Below, piece by piece: positions 41,447-59,278 of a DNA stretch of 64,000 nt; position 1 is the first letter of the stretch, and the number at the start of each line of letters is the position of its first letter. The notes under the pieces were generated by a model. The model searched no databases, was not told where the DNA came from, and worked only from the letters and a program-made list of their open reading frames with translations. A program made the position numbers and the translations under genes. Source of the stretch: the human T2T-CHM13v2.0 reference genome, Homo sapiens. Location: the NCBI RefSeq assembly GCF_009914755.1, contig NC_060936.1. One strand, given 5' to 3'.

Positions 41447-41537
41447 TATTTAATGGATTTTGCGTAACTCAATAGTTTTTTTGGCAGTTTGTATTTAATG
41501 GATTTTGCATAACTCAATGCTTTTTTTTGGCAGTTTG
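41447..41537 (+). repeat. Tandem duplication of about 45 bp
   Basis: tatttaatggattttgc(g/a)taactcaat..tttttttggcagtttg twice. Confidence 0.93.
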
Positions 41538-41905
41538 CTACTAAGCACAGAGCTAAAAACATTCCTGTTTGAAAATAAGTATGTTCAACCTCTTCCTGCT
41601 TGCATACTCATTTTTTGGGGGTCTTCTGGTAAAGTCCAAACAAAGCACATTTCAGGAATTGGTAGTGTGAAATCTTTCAGCTAGAGAGACTTTAGTAATT
41701 ATTAAAAGTAGCTGTACATAATCATTGTGCTACTAATTATTGTGCTTTTAAGTGCCTACAAGCTTGCCAATGATAAATTTGGTTTTGAATGTGTGCAGTA
41801 GTTCATACTAAGTATGTATGTAGAAGTCTGGTTAGATCCAGCTTAATACAAATTTTTATTCTAAAATGTACATCTCTTGTTATTTTTTTTTTTTCTGTCT
41901 ACAAG

Positions 41906-41955
41906 GAAAATATATACCATGATCTACAGGAACTTGGTAGTAGTCAATCAGCAGG
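41906..41955 (+). CDS. MDM2: MDM2 exon 6
   Basis: ctacaag|GAAAATA...CAGCAGG|gtaagt; KIYTMIYRNLVVVNQQ. Confidence 0.97.
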
Positions 41956-42570
41956 GTAAGTTAATTTTGAGCATCATGGATAAATACCATAAAAACGTTT
42001 TAAAGACATTTTTGTTTATGTGCATATGTTTTATAATTGTGATTCTCTTTAAAAGTTGCTTTAATTAAATATTGTAATAAAAGTATGATAAATTTATTAG
42101 AAGTACATATGAACTAAAACCACATACTGAGGTTCTAATGTAAAGTTAAATATCCTGTTAGATCAATTTAGACTTGGGATATCAGAGTTAGGATTTATTT
42201 TGAAAGGTCTGTAATTTCAAAAGCTCCTGTTTAGGAGTGATCTACCTTGAAAATGTATTGAAAGGCTTTGGGAAATAATATTGTTACCTAGGTAGGACCA
42301 TGTGTAAGGATGAAGGATGAGTCTTTTTCTTTGGTTATAGACAAAATTTTGTTTACCAATTTGTGGAAGTGGAATTTTATGTTCCTACTTCCGTTTCTTA
42401 ACTGGTTATTTTTGGGTCACATCTCTCTTTAATAAGCTGATAAAAGCATTGGGTTCTTGTTCCAGAAAGATGCACATGTATATATACATGGGTAAGTCAA
42501 TAAGTGTTTTACAACCTACTTTCCATGAGAAAAGCCCTGATTTATGTGCTTGCTGACTTCCATAGTATAA

Positions 42571-42905
<335 letters not shown>

Positions 42906-43936
42906 TGAGCCACTGCACCCGGTCTCACAGTTTGCTTTTGAGTGCTGCTTAGAGCTGTCTCTAATACACTACACTGCTCCTAAAGCCCATCCTCGAACTA
43001 CAGTTAAGAAATGCTCTTAGGCCAGGTGTGATGGCTCATGCCTATAATTCCAGCACTTTAGGAGGCTAAGGCAGGAGGATCACTTGAGCCGAGGAGTTCA
43101 AGACCAGCCTGGGCAGCATGGCAAAATCCTAACTCTGCAAAAACTACAAAAATCAGCTTGGTATAGTGGTGCATGCCTGTAGTCCTAGCTACTCAGGAGG
43201 CTGAGGCAGGAGGATTTTTTGAGGCTGGGAGGTCAGGACTGTAGTGAACTGTGATCATGCCATCCAGTCCAGGTGACAGAGCAAGACCTCATCTCTTAAA
43301 AAAGACAAAAACAAAACAAAACAAAAAAACACCTCTCAGGAGCTTGTTTAGTTCCTAGAATGAATTGACCACTCCCTTGTACTTCCTCTATTCCATATTC
43401 AGATTTTATTGTAAAATTGCTTTGTTTTACTTGTGGGTTTTTTTGTTTGTTTTTGAGATGGGCTCTCACTCTGTCACCCTGCTTGAAGTGCAGTGGTAAT
43501 CTTGGCTCACTGCATCCTCCACCTCCAGGGCTCAAATGATCCTCCCCCTCAGCCTCCCAAGTTGCTGGGACTACAGATGTGCTCCACCACGCCTGGCTAA
43601 TTTTTCTGTATGTTTGGTAGAGACGGTGTTGCTATGTTGCCCAGGCTAGTCTTGACCTGAGCTCAAGAGATATTCTCACCTCGGCCTCCCAAAGTTTAGG
43701 GGTTACAGGCATGAGCCACTGCGTCTGGCTGTTGCACTTGTTTATATTTTTGTTACCTGTGTCCTATTCAGGTTTGCATTGTGCATCACACACTATAGTG
43801 TTTTATTAATATGGTATTTAATAAATGTGTTGAATTGAATACTTATTCTTCCAAAGTTAGGATTTAAAGCCCAGAAAAGTATCTCCATTTTATCCCAAAA
43901 TAAAAGTAGTTATTAGGCTGATGATTTGGCATTTTA

Positions 43937-44084
43937 TTGTTTTAAAGCTCTTTTTTTTTTTTGAGCTTTAGATTGTATCCTTTTTATTTCCTTTTTTTTT
44001 AATTATTATACTTTAAGTTTTAGGGTACATGTGTACAATGTGCAGGTTGGTTACATATGTATACCTGTTGTTTTAAAGCTCTTT
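43937..44084 (-). mobile_element. Extremely 5'-truncated young L1PA (44001-44067) plus a 29-nt non-L1 segment, flanked by a 17-bp TSD
   Basis: ttattatactttaagttttagggtacatgtg..; TSD ttgttttaaagctcttt at 43937 and 44068. Confidence 0.9.
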
Positions 44085-44273
44085 AAGAAATTGTGTGATA
44101 GCTAAATATACAATTGTAGTATTTGTAGTAGTAGTTTGAGTTTTCTGAAGTATGTAACCCTGATGTATTCATTCCTTCATTTGTTTAAATAAACTTTGGC
44201 ACATTACTAGAAAAATTGTATTATTGAGATGGAAACTTACAAATTACTTATTTGCAGTCTGAGTTTGGTTTAG

Positions 44274-44624
<351 letters not shown>

Positions 44625-45838
44625 TAGGGCTTCCTTTTTATTACATCTTTTTTGTAGCATCTGTTTATACTAATCCAAAATTCCTGGACAATATAACCTA
44701 TTATGTACAACTTAAGAAAATTAGTGTAATGCCTTACCCATAGTATAAAGAGAAAATTAATCTATGATAATGCATAATTTCAAAATGTTAATGTCCAGGC
44801 ATGAGTTCACTGTTAAGATGAAAATGTTTCCAAGGGGGGGTAGTAAAGGGTATTTGATGATAATTGTCTGTATATCCCAACTCTGAAACTTTGACTTTTG
44901 AGCTCAAAGTCTGTATATCCAACTACAAATGAAACCTATGTGCCTGAATAACTCAGTTTGTTATCTTCCCATCCAATCTGTTTATCTTTCTAAAGTTTCT
45001 CTTTTAGTGAATGGTACCACTCATTTATTCACCCAAGTTGGAATCTTGGAATCATCTTAACTCCTTTCTTCCTTGCCTTCTATATCAAATACCAGGTCTT
45101 GTTGGTTTTTACCTATTTAATTTCTCTGGAATTTGTTTTCCATGCCTTAGTTTAGGCTTTAATAGTTTTTAGTTTGTATTATTGCAATTGTCTAATACTG
45201 GTTTTCCTGCCTCTGCCCTCTTTTTCTTATGTTTTGCTAGAGTGATTTGTCACTCTTCTGCTTAAAATTACCATTTAGGGGTTCATTATTGCTCTCTGGA
45301 TGTAATATTTTCTGTGAGCTAGAAATCAGTTTCATTTCTTGGACAAAAATCCTTTTTAATGGTGAGTGGCTGCAACATCGCATTAAGGAAGATTCTGAAG
45401 TATCTGCGGGGAAGAATGCAGTGATAAGGGAATGACAGCATGAGTCCTGCTTTGGCTAGACCACAGGATCCTTTACAGTCTGAACCTGCCTACATTCCAG
45501 TAATAATGAACTGCTTGTGGTGTCCTGCAACAGGAACTGTTGTTAGTTTGCTTTTGGATACTTTTTCACATGGCGTTTTCTTGGTCTGGAATGGCCTTTC
45601 CTAGCCCTATTTTCATATTGTCCTACAAAATATTTCCTGATTCTTTGTTTCTCAGACACTCCCTGTCCCTACCAAAATAATGACTCTCCTGTCTCTCTGC
45701 TAATTTATCTAAGTCTTTTAATGTCTTGATTATACTTTACTCTTCTACATTAAAGTTGAATTATTTTATTTACATCTGCAACATTTAGTATGAGGATGCC
45801 ACCTGGAAAATACATGTTTAATGTTTATTGAAAGGTGA

Positions 45839-46015
<177 letters not shown>

Positions 46016-46133
46016 TAAGTAAATTTCTCATTCTAATGTAATATTATTTGCAAATTGGAAAGGTTATTTACAACAAGTTAGCTTACTGGTTATGTTAAGT
46101 TTGTTGTATTTTATTTTTTTCCTAAATGCTTAG

Positions 46134-46334
<201 letters not shown>

Positions 46335-47044
46335 TGAGATGAATTAACCTCTGAGTTTTTTTCATTCGTGATTTTATTTGATTTACAAATTGCTTATTTA
46401 GCAATATTTTTCTGGCTGACTACAGCAGGCACAGTTTACTGTGCCCCACTGGAGTTTATAGTTAGCCAACTCTCTGTTAAGATAGTAGGAGGTGGCTGGG
46501 GTGTGGTGGCTCACGCCTGGCTCACGCCTGTAATCCCGGCACTTTGGGAGGCCGAGGCTGGCGGATCACGAGGTCAGGAGTTCGAGACCAGCCTGACCAA
46601 CGTGGTGAAACCCCATCTCTACTAAAAAAAATACAAAAAGTAGCTGGGCCTGGTGGCGCACACTTGTAATCCAGCTACTCAGGAGGTTGAGGAAGGAGAA
46701 TCACTTCAACCCGGGAGGTAGAAGTTACAGTGAGCCGAAATTGCGCCACTGCACTCCAGCCTGGGTAACCGTGTGAGACTTCGTCTAAAAAGAAAGATAA
46801 TAGGAGACAGGCATATAAACTCTATTTTCACCATTATTCTTAGTCACCTTAACAGTTAAATTTTTAAATTGTTATTTTTAATAAATGGTAGTACATACCT
46901 ATGAGTTTTAAAACAGAAAGTAAATAGCATTTTAGAAATGAAGAGATAAGGGCCGGGCGCAGTGGCTCACGCCTGTAATCCCAGCACTTTGGGAGGCCGA
47001 GGCGGGTGGATCATGAGGTCAGGAGATCGAGACCATCCTGTCTA

Positions 47045-47281
<237 letters not shown>

Positions 47282-47863
47282 TTAGTAGACATAGTAGACG
47301 AGAAGGCTGTTGCCTGAGGAAGTCGCAGTAACTAAGACCGTATGATTCAGATGAAAGAGAATGTCAGATCAGTGAAACAGAATAAATGAACCCAGACCAG
47401 AATCTCGTACATGCGGGCAGAAGACAGGAAGGGCAGAGGTGTCTAGGGCAGAGGTGGAACTAGAACAAATGGTAGTTACTTGGGGAAAAGGTGAAGTTAG
47501 ATCTGTACCTTATGCCAAAATGAATTTCAAATGAGTTTAAAAGTTAAATGAAAAATAGAATACAACATATTTGAAAGATAGTCACTTTAAATTTGACTGT
47601 TAATATCTGTATTACATAAAAAGTCTTCCCAAATCAATAAGGAAAACATTAAAACTTCAAATAGCAAAAAGGGCAGACAGTTCACAAAAATTTCTCACAG
47701 TAAATACGAATGACTAATAAATATGGGGAGAGGGTGAATTTTGGTGATTTTTAGCTTTACAGATAGTAAAAAATGCCAAAAGGGTGTCCTTTTGATCTAT
47801 CAAATTAGTAAAAATAAAATTTTTACTCATCCTTACTCATCAGTGCTAATAACTTGTGTATTA

Positions 47864-48280
<417 letters not shown>

Positions 48281-49438
48281 CTAGTAACTCCATTTCTAGT
48301 AATCTATCCTAAGGATGTAATAAAAAATTCAAAGATTTATATGTAGAGATACTAATTACAGCATTATTTATAATTGCAGCCCGGCCAAGATCACCTTTTT
48401 AAAAATAGGGAACACAAACATGATTAAGAACTCACGTGCAGAACTTGTGATCTCGATAAAACGTAAAAATCCCGGCCAGGTCCAGTGGCTCACGCCTGTA
48501 ATCCCAGCACCTTGGGAGGCCGAGGAGGGAGGATCACGAGGTCAGGAGATTGAGACCATCCTGGCTAACACGGTGAAACCCCGTCTCTACTAAAAATACA
48601 AAAAAAATTAGCCGGGCACAGTGGTGGGCACCTGTAGTCCCAGCTATTCAGGAGGCTGAGGCAGGAGAATTGCTTGAACCCAGGAGGTGGAGGTTGCAGT
48701 GTGCCGAGATTGTGCCATTATACTCCAGCCTGGGGGACAAGAGTGAGACTTTGTCTCAAGAAAATGATAAAAAAAGTCCTTTCAGAAATCTGTGATACTA
48801 TCTCATTTTAATTTTTGTCATTCTCATGGGTGAAAAATGATATCATTTCACTTTGCATTTCTTTGATCCCTAGGAGGTAAGAGTTTTTTTTTCTATTACT
48901 CAAGTACATGACTCAAGATTTTTCATATGTTTATTAGTCATTTGTATTTCTTCTGTGACTTGCTTTTTCCTGTTTCCTTAAAAGAAAATACAGTCTATCT
49001 TGATTTGGTAGGACTTTGTATAATATGTATACTATGGGTAATTTTTACTATATATGTTGCAGATATTATCTTCGAATTTGACCTTTGCCTTTTAACTTTT
49101 GTTTGGTATTTTATTTTGTCATGTAAACCTTGACATGGTCTAATCTTGATAGTCTTTTTATTGAGGACTTTGCAGTATTATGAAATACTTCTCCACCCCA
49201 GCATTATAAGAATATTTTGTTATAGGTACTTGAATGGTTTTGTTCTTTATATTTAGATCTTTAATCCACCTGGAATTCATTTTTATGTCTAGTATAAGGT
49301 AGTATTCTCATTTATGTCTAACGGATTTGTCTAACATTCTGACCCATTCAGAGATAATTTATTATTTAAAATGAAATGGAAACTTTTTACTGGTTTTGAT
49401 TTCTGTTTAAAATATAGGGTACTGAAGAGCCGGGCTTA

Positions 49439-49768
<330 letters not shown>

Positions 49769-50010
49769 TTAAACACTTTGGCTCTTTTCGGAAAAAAACA
49801 GATGAGCTCTTATATTTTAAAGTTTGGTTTTGACAGAAAAAAATTCCTAGATTTTTTGGTTAATAAAAACTTTATTAGATAGATTAAATTGTGATGTATG
49901 GAGATAAAGTTCTGAAAGAAGAATAGAAAGCTTTTTAAAAATAGTATTCTCAGCCTAGGCAACATGGTGAAACCCTGTCTATGCAAAAAATACAAAATGG
50001 TGCATTCCTA

Positions 50011-50235
<225 letters not shown>

Positions 50236-50282
50236 TTAACTTTTGAACTAATTTTATTGAAACTAAGTTTCTGTACAAATAG

Positions 50283-50525
<243 letters not shown>

Positions 50526-51031
50526 TAAGTAAGGCAAGACTCTTACTGTTCAAAGTCTAGTCCTGGCAGTCCTAATAAGGATACGGATAGAATGTACATG
50601 TGTCTTACGAGATTGATAGAAAACACAGTGCTAAATTTTACTTTAAAATAAAACTACTATATTGATCTCCACCTTCAACCCAAGGTATTGTGAGAAATGT
50701 GGAAAATAGTGGAGTAACACCGGTATTGGTAAAATTAGTAGTAGTATTAGTAATTATCAATGTCACTGTATGTATTAGAGAATATTTGTGGACCACTGCA
50801 CCAATAGTACAGTCAAATAAATTGGAGTATAGAGTTGTTTGAGAATTTGAGAGTTACACTTTTTAAAAAAGGAACAAAACCAAAAATTTGGTTCAGTTAA
50901 ATATTTTAGCATTTTAAGGCAAATTTGACTATTTAGAGTAAAAATATATTTTATTACAGCCATCAGCAAAAAAGTCAGCATAGTCTGAACTTAACATTTG
51001 CCAAATAGGTCTAGACATCAGGTAAGTTCTA

Positions 51032-51397
<366 letters not shown>

Positions 51398-51545
51398 TCA
51401 GTACTTTCTCATTACTAATACAGACTTCCAAAATATTAGTGAGCAGCATTTCTTAAGAGATGTCACTGAAAGAAGTTTGGTAAAAAATTTTTTTGTTAAC
51501 AAGAATGCTTGACAAATGGAATATTTTGTTTTGTATGTCTTTAAT

Positions 51546-51750
51546 CAAGCTTGTCCAACCCATGCCCTGTGGGCCATATGCCAGGATGGCTTTGAATGTG
51601 GCCCAACACAAATTCATAAACTTTCTTAAAATATTATGATTTTTTTTTTTACAATTTTTTTTCTGCTCATCAGCTATTGTTAGTGTATTTTATGTGTGGC
51701 CCAAGACAATTCTTCCAATGTCGCCCACGGAAACCAAAGGATTGGATACA
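51546..51750. mobile_element. MER30-like hAT MITE
   Basis: ttgtccaacc..ggatggctttgaatgtggcccaacacaaattc..gattggataca. Confidence 0.75.
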
Positions 51751-52307
51751 TTTTTTGGTAATATGGCAGTGTCTCATGGCCATTATTCTGGGTATTAGTA
51801 ATCATTGTATAGTACTCTAGAAGATGTAGGAAGTGGAACCAATTGTGATAGTAATCCTAGTCTTTTACCTATTCTTGTTACTTCCTGTATTATCTTTTTT
51901 TCTCTTCCAAAGCAGTGATTGTATGAACGCATACCTGCCCTCTAGAGTTACTGTACCTAACGGAGCTGTTACTTATGTAGACCGCTAGATGGCATGATGA
52001 GCTCCTGCTCAGTCTGAGAGCAGGTTCTTCATTTGTAGATATTTAAGTTTATACCAAATTCCATACAGTTGAGATGGCACTGCAGATACAGTGGTAGTCA
52101 AGGTAGATATGGTTCTTGCCTTCATTGGGAGATAGATCATTAATGACAAAAATGAAAACATTTAATAAATCCAGTGGAAAAAATAGGCTCTTGAGCGGAA
52201 ATATATGTGATAAAATTGAATCCAATTAAAACTTGATGAGTATCCAACCTACAAGTTTGGTTAAAAAGAGAATTATTATACCCTATTTATTTATTTATTG
52301 AGATTGA

Positions 52308-52403
<96 letters not shown>

Positions 52404-52406
52404 TGA

Positions 52407-52592
<186 letters not shown>

Positions 52593-52681
52593 TAGTTTTT
52601 GTTAAAGTTATATCAGAATTCTAGCTGAATGATATTTAGAGTCCTTGTTCCTGCTTTGTACCTGGGACACTGCCTTGTTAC

Positions 52682-53285
52682 TGATATGGCTTTGAGGAGT
52701 AGAGGAACACCAGGTTTTTTGTTTTGAGTTGAATTAGATAAAACGACACGGACACACGTGGAGTGGTTTTAAGGAGCAGAGCGTTTAATAGGCAAGAAGG
52801 GAGAAGGCAGAAGGAAGAAGCTCCCCCTTACACAGACAGAGGGAGGGGGGCTCTAAAGCTGAAAGAGGAGACCTTACATTCTGACAATACTAGCCAGTTT
52901 TATGTGACGGCTGGAGGGGGTGGTGTCTTATTTGCATAGGGCTCAGAGGATTGGTTTGACCAGGCATGTCATTTAGCCCTCAAGAAAACTGGCCCTCCCA
53001 CCCCAGTCCTTTAATACACAAATGCAGGATGCCATGACATTTTACACACGGGGTTATGTGGGGGCGGCCATGCTGTTAGGTACCTGATGGAGCAAGGGCA
53101 AGAGGACAACGGTGGGAATCGCCATGTTGGGTGGACCCTCTTGCATTTGCATCTTAAAGGTTGCCAGCCTTTAAGAGCCAGGGCTTTTATGCTAGACAAG
53201 AAATTTTTCTGGAGCTACGAAAAACCTTCCAAGGACCACTTTTCCTCTCCATTTGCCTAAAATAATTTCTTAATAACTCGTGTGG
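52682..53285 (-). mobile_element. ERV1 solo LTR, LTR9/MER61 (HUERS-P3) type, antisense in intron 9
   Basis: Minus strand: aagaaattattttaggca...ggtcaaaccaatc..ctatgcaaat...cttgcctattaaac...gccatatca. Confidence 0.7.
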
Positions 53286-53542
53286 AGTAGAGGGGTATTT
53301 CTTTTTTTCTTTTTGTTAGTCCTGTCCTGCATTCTCTTAAAAAATCCTATCTATAAAAAATCTCAGCCGGGCGTGGTGGCTCATGCCTGTAATCCCAGCA
53401 CTTTGGGAGGCCCAGGCGGGCGGATCACCTGAGGTCAGGAGTTCAGGACCAGCCTCGCCAACATGTTGTGAAAACCCATCTCTACTAAAAATACCAAAAA
53501 TTAGCTGGGCATAGTGGCGGGCACCTGTAATCTAGCTACTCA

Positions 53543-53647
<105 letters not shown>

Positions 53648-54517
53648 TCAAACAACAACAACAAAATCTCGTTTTTCAGGTTAAGTCCCTAGTTGTGAAA
53701 GCTTTTGGTAGGGCCAGTTTTTTTTTCTTCTTCGTTTTAATTTCCCTCATTTGAGAATGTTGTAGTCATCATTGGGTGTCATCATTCACCAGTTTGTGAA
53801 GGGAGTTAAAGGAAAGTGCATTCCTCTCCCATCTTTTCTTTCTTTGGGGTTTAATAAATTGTGGGAAACTAAGACTGTGTTCTAGACTGTACACCATGCA
53901 GTTTATATTATGATCTTCTGTCATCTTTGCAGCCTCAGATTCCATTTTTAGCTAAGACTGGGGTTTTAAATAACTTGTTTAAGGTTCCTACAACTAATTG
54001 TCACAATTGGAATTCAAACAATTCTAGGTATTTTTGACTACAAAGATCTAAGATCTTTGCAGAGCAAGCCTATCTGATGCTTAAAAAAATATATATTTTT
54101 TAAATTTTTGAGACAGTCTCTCACTCCGTTGCCCAGGCGGGAGTGCAGCGCATGATCATGGCTTACTGCAACCTCAACCTCCTGGGTTCAAGCAATCCTT
54201 CCTCCTCAGCCTTGAGAGTTAGCTGGGACTACAGGTGTGCACCACCACACCTGGCTAATTTTTTTTACTTTTTTTTTTTCAGAGATGAGATCTTGGCCTG
54301 TTGCCCAGGCTGGTCTCAAACCGCTGGGCTTATGTGATTCTCCTGCTTTGGCTCCCAGAGTATTGGGATTACAGGCATGAGCCACCACCTCCAGCCTGAT
54401 GCTTTTTAAATATATAGTATTTAGGTCTGGTGCAGTGGCTCATGCTTGTAATCCCAGCACTTTGGGAGGCTGAGGCGGGCGGATCACAAGGTCAGGAGAT
54501 CGAGACCATCCTGGCTA

Positions 54518-55033
<516 letters not shown>

Positions 55034-55156
55034 TAGAGAGATAATTTAATAGTTTCTGGGGCATTCTTTTGCGAACATTAGCCAAAACTTTAAAAACCAC
55101 TCCCAATATTGCATTTTTTCATGGTATTTTTTATAGTATTTTTATAGTATCCTAGG

Positions 55157-55362
55157 ACAGGAGTTGGCAAACTTTCTGTAAAGAGCCACATAGTTAATTA
55201 TTTGGGCTCTGCCGGGCCATGGTTTCTGTCACAGCTACTCAGCCCCGCTCTTGTAATGCAGGAGCAACTGTAGACAACAAGTCAACAAATAGGCATGGCT
55301 GTGTTCAATAAAACTTTATTTATAAAAGTCGATGGGTGATGGGCCACAGTTTGCAGACCCCT
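55157..55362 (+). mobile_element. MER58A-like hAT MITE
   Basis: caggagttggcaaactttctgtaaag...cagtttgcagacccct. Confidence 0.75.
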
Positions 55363-55907
55363 ACCGTAGAGTATGTTTTCTGAGATTTAATGTTTCTTGT
55401 GATTTACCCCCTTATTCTAAAATTAGTGCACTAAAGACTTTAGTTAGTTGAAGTATTTGGTTTGTTGGGTTACTTTGTTAGTGTTAATTGTATCCTAACT
55501 TGACTTGTGATTCTAATCTGATTGGTAGTAGAGCCCTTGTTAGGAATTTGAGCTGCAACTTGATGAATGTTGCTTTTACTCTCCTTCCTAACATTACTCT
55601 AAAAAAGTCTTTTGATGTCAGAGGCTGTAAAATAATATACTTTGTTTCTGTTTTTAAAACTGATACAGATATGGAAATCATTTAATCTAAGCTCCTTTTC
55701 TAGATGAAGTAGCTACAGCCTTTAGAAGTTAAATGATATGGGCTGGGCGAGGTGGCTCACAGGTGTAATCCCAGCATTTTGGGAGGCCGAGGTGGCGGAT
55801 CACTAGAGGTCAGGATTTCGAGACCAGCCCAGCCAACATGACGAAACCCCGTCTCCACTAAAAACATAAAAATTAGCCGGGTGTGGTAGTGGACACCTGT
55901 AATCTCA

Positions 55908-56358
<451 letters not shown>

Positions 56359-57408
56359 TTAGCTACTTAGTGGCAAGTGTAGAATAAGCCATATCCCGAC
56401 TTCTAGACTTTTTCCAATTGTAGCCTTCTGCTTATATATGCTCCTACCCTTAGCCACTGACAGCAAATATTATTGCCCTGAAGGTCTTACTAGGTTCTTA
56501 TACAATTTATTGAAGTCCTGAAACGAAGAATCAGATGAGCAGCTACAGAATTTTTTTTAATTGTCTAAAGGCTCTTTAAAAGAAAATCTCAAAGTTTATT
56601 AAAAAACATAAGTATCTATGACTCGAGACATTTTTCTAAGAAAAAAAACCCATAAGTATTACAAGTGTTGTGTCTTGTTACGTGTATTCTACCAATTTGG
56701 ACATAGAAAGATGAGTGACAGGTTTTAGCTCAAAGTATATATAATTCAGATGAGAAACATGCCTGCAAAATTATGTTTTGCATAATTTATGTGTGAGACT
56801 ATATAATTCATTATTATACAAGTAGTAAGGATAATTAAAGGTGGAAGAGCCTTTTCAGTTATGGTATTGACAAAGGCTTAGTCAAAGAAGGATGAATAGG
56901 ATTTTGAAACTGAAATTATTCTAGTTAGAGGGGGAAAGTGTGGAAGTTGAAATGCCAAGATTAGTTGAGGAAGCAATCTAGATCTGGCGGGATTATCCAT
57001 ATTTAGTAAGGGAGGAGGGGTGTCTAGTTGAAGACAGACGAAGATGTTAATACAGTCACACTGTAGGTACTTTCGATGCCAAGAGGCTTTGGTGTTTTTC
57101 CTTTATGCAGTGGGGTTTTGAACAGGGAAAATAATGTAGTAATAACCTTGAAACCTTAATCTAGTTTCAGTATGCAGGATGGATCTGAGGAGGAAATGTG
57201 CGTGGCAACCGGCTCCGGGATGGCTGGCTGGGGGGCCTAGTCTTCTGCCCGCCGATCTCCCTCGGGAAGTCCCGGATCAGAGCAGCAGGCCCATCCCCCA
57301 ACTGTTACACCCTGCTGGCAGCAGCAGAGGCACAGGGATGAGTTAGGAAACAGATACAGAGGTCAAGAGGTGATGTTTATTAAGTTATATATTTTTTTCT
57401 TGTTTTAG

Positions 57409-57624
<216 letters not shown>

Positions 57625-58251
57625 TGACTTTGAGATTGAAATAATATTATTCAGATTTCACTTGAAATCTTTACCTCTTGATTTGTTTAAACTAACACAT
57701 TGGTTTGTGGACTTGAGGATTTCATAGTTCTTTATCATCTGATTTATATTATTATATTACTACTAATTGCCAAGAAGTCAATAGACCTCAATGAACATGC
57801 TTATTATAATGGTCTGTTCACTTTTAAAAACATATAATTCAACTACTGTTTTAATATTAACTTACTTTCTATAAAAGTAAAACATGCATACAGTTAAAGT
57901 CAAGTAGTACCCTTAGAGATCTGTTTCCCAGAAGTGACTGCCTTTAACATTTCTAGCTATTTCCCTATTATTTAATATCTCCATATTATTTATTTATGAA
58001 GTAAAACCACCTAGCTGAATGTTTTGTTTTATTCATCCTAAACATCCTTTGTATTGACTTTTACCATTGTGGGTAAGGATTTCTCTCTCCTCCATTTTTT
58101 CCCCCTTTACACTCACTTACTCTATTTGATATTGTCTAAGGCTTTCTCATATATTGTAGTACATGATATTTGTTTAGGACTTATTACTAGGAAGCCTTCT
58201 GATTGAAGGAAATAGGGCGATGAATTGATGCTAATGAATGTGTTTTATTAG

Positions 58252-58350
<99 letters not shown>

Positions 58351-58555
58351 TAAGAAATAAAAATTTCATTAAGGTCAAGATTAGGAGACTATATCTAGCT
58401 TCTTTCTGAAATGAACTGATTTTTATAAAGTTAAAATGTTTTTGTAAAGTCTGAATAATTTAAAGCATTTTTCTTTTATTTGTTGTGATGAGACCTGTAG
58501 CTATAATTTTTATTTTTAGGTGCTGGAATTTGAACTTTTTTTTTTTTTTTTTTAA

Positions 58556-58657
<102 letters not shown>

Positions 58658-58964
58658 TGAGTAGCTGGAATTACAGTCATGCACCACTATACCCCACTAA
58701 TTTTTTTATTTTTAGTAGAGATGGGGTTTCACCATGTTGGCCAGGCTGGTCATGAACTCCTGACCTCAAGTGATCTGCCCACCTTGGTCTCTCAAAGTGC
58801 TGGGATTACAAGCATGAGTCACTGCCCAGCTGAATTTGTACATTTTGATGTTATTTTGGAAAATTTCAGTGTATCTCCAGTATACTCATCACCCAGCTTT
58901 AACTATTACCAACATTTTGCCAACCTTGTCAAACGTAAACTTTTTTTTTTTTCAATTGAGATAG

Positions 58965-59063
<99 letters not shown>

Positions 59064-59125
59064 TGAGTAGCTGGAATAACAGGTGCATGCCATCACACCC
59101 CAGCTAATTTTTGTATTTTTTGTAG

Positions 59126-59278
<153 letters not shown>

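Noticed and set aside
52952-52971. Full p53 response element in the intron-9 LTR
   Set aside because: The adjacent decamer TGGTTTGACC lacks the CWWG core; only a half-site is supported
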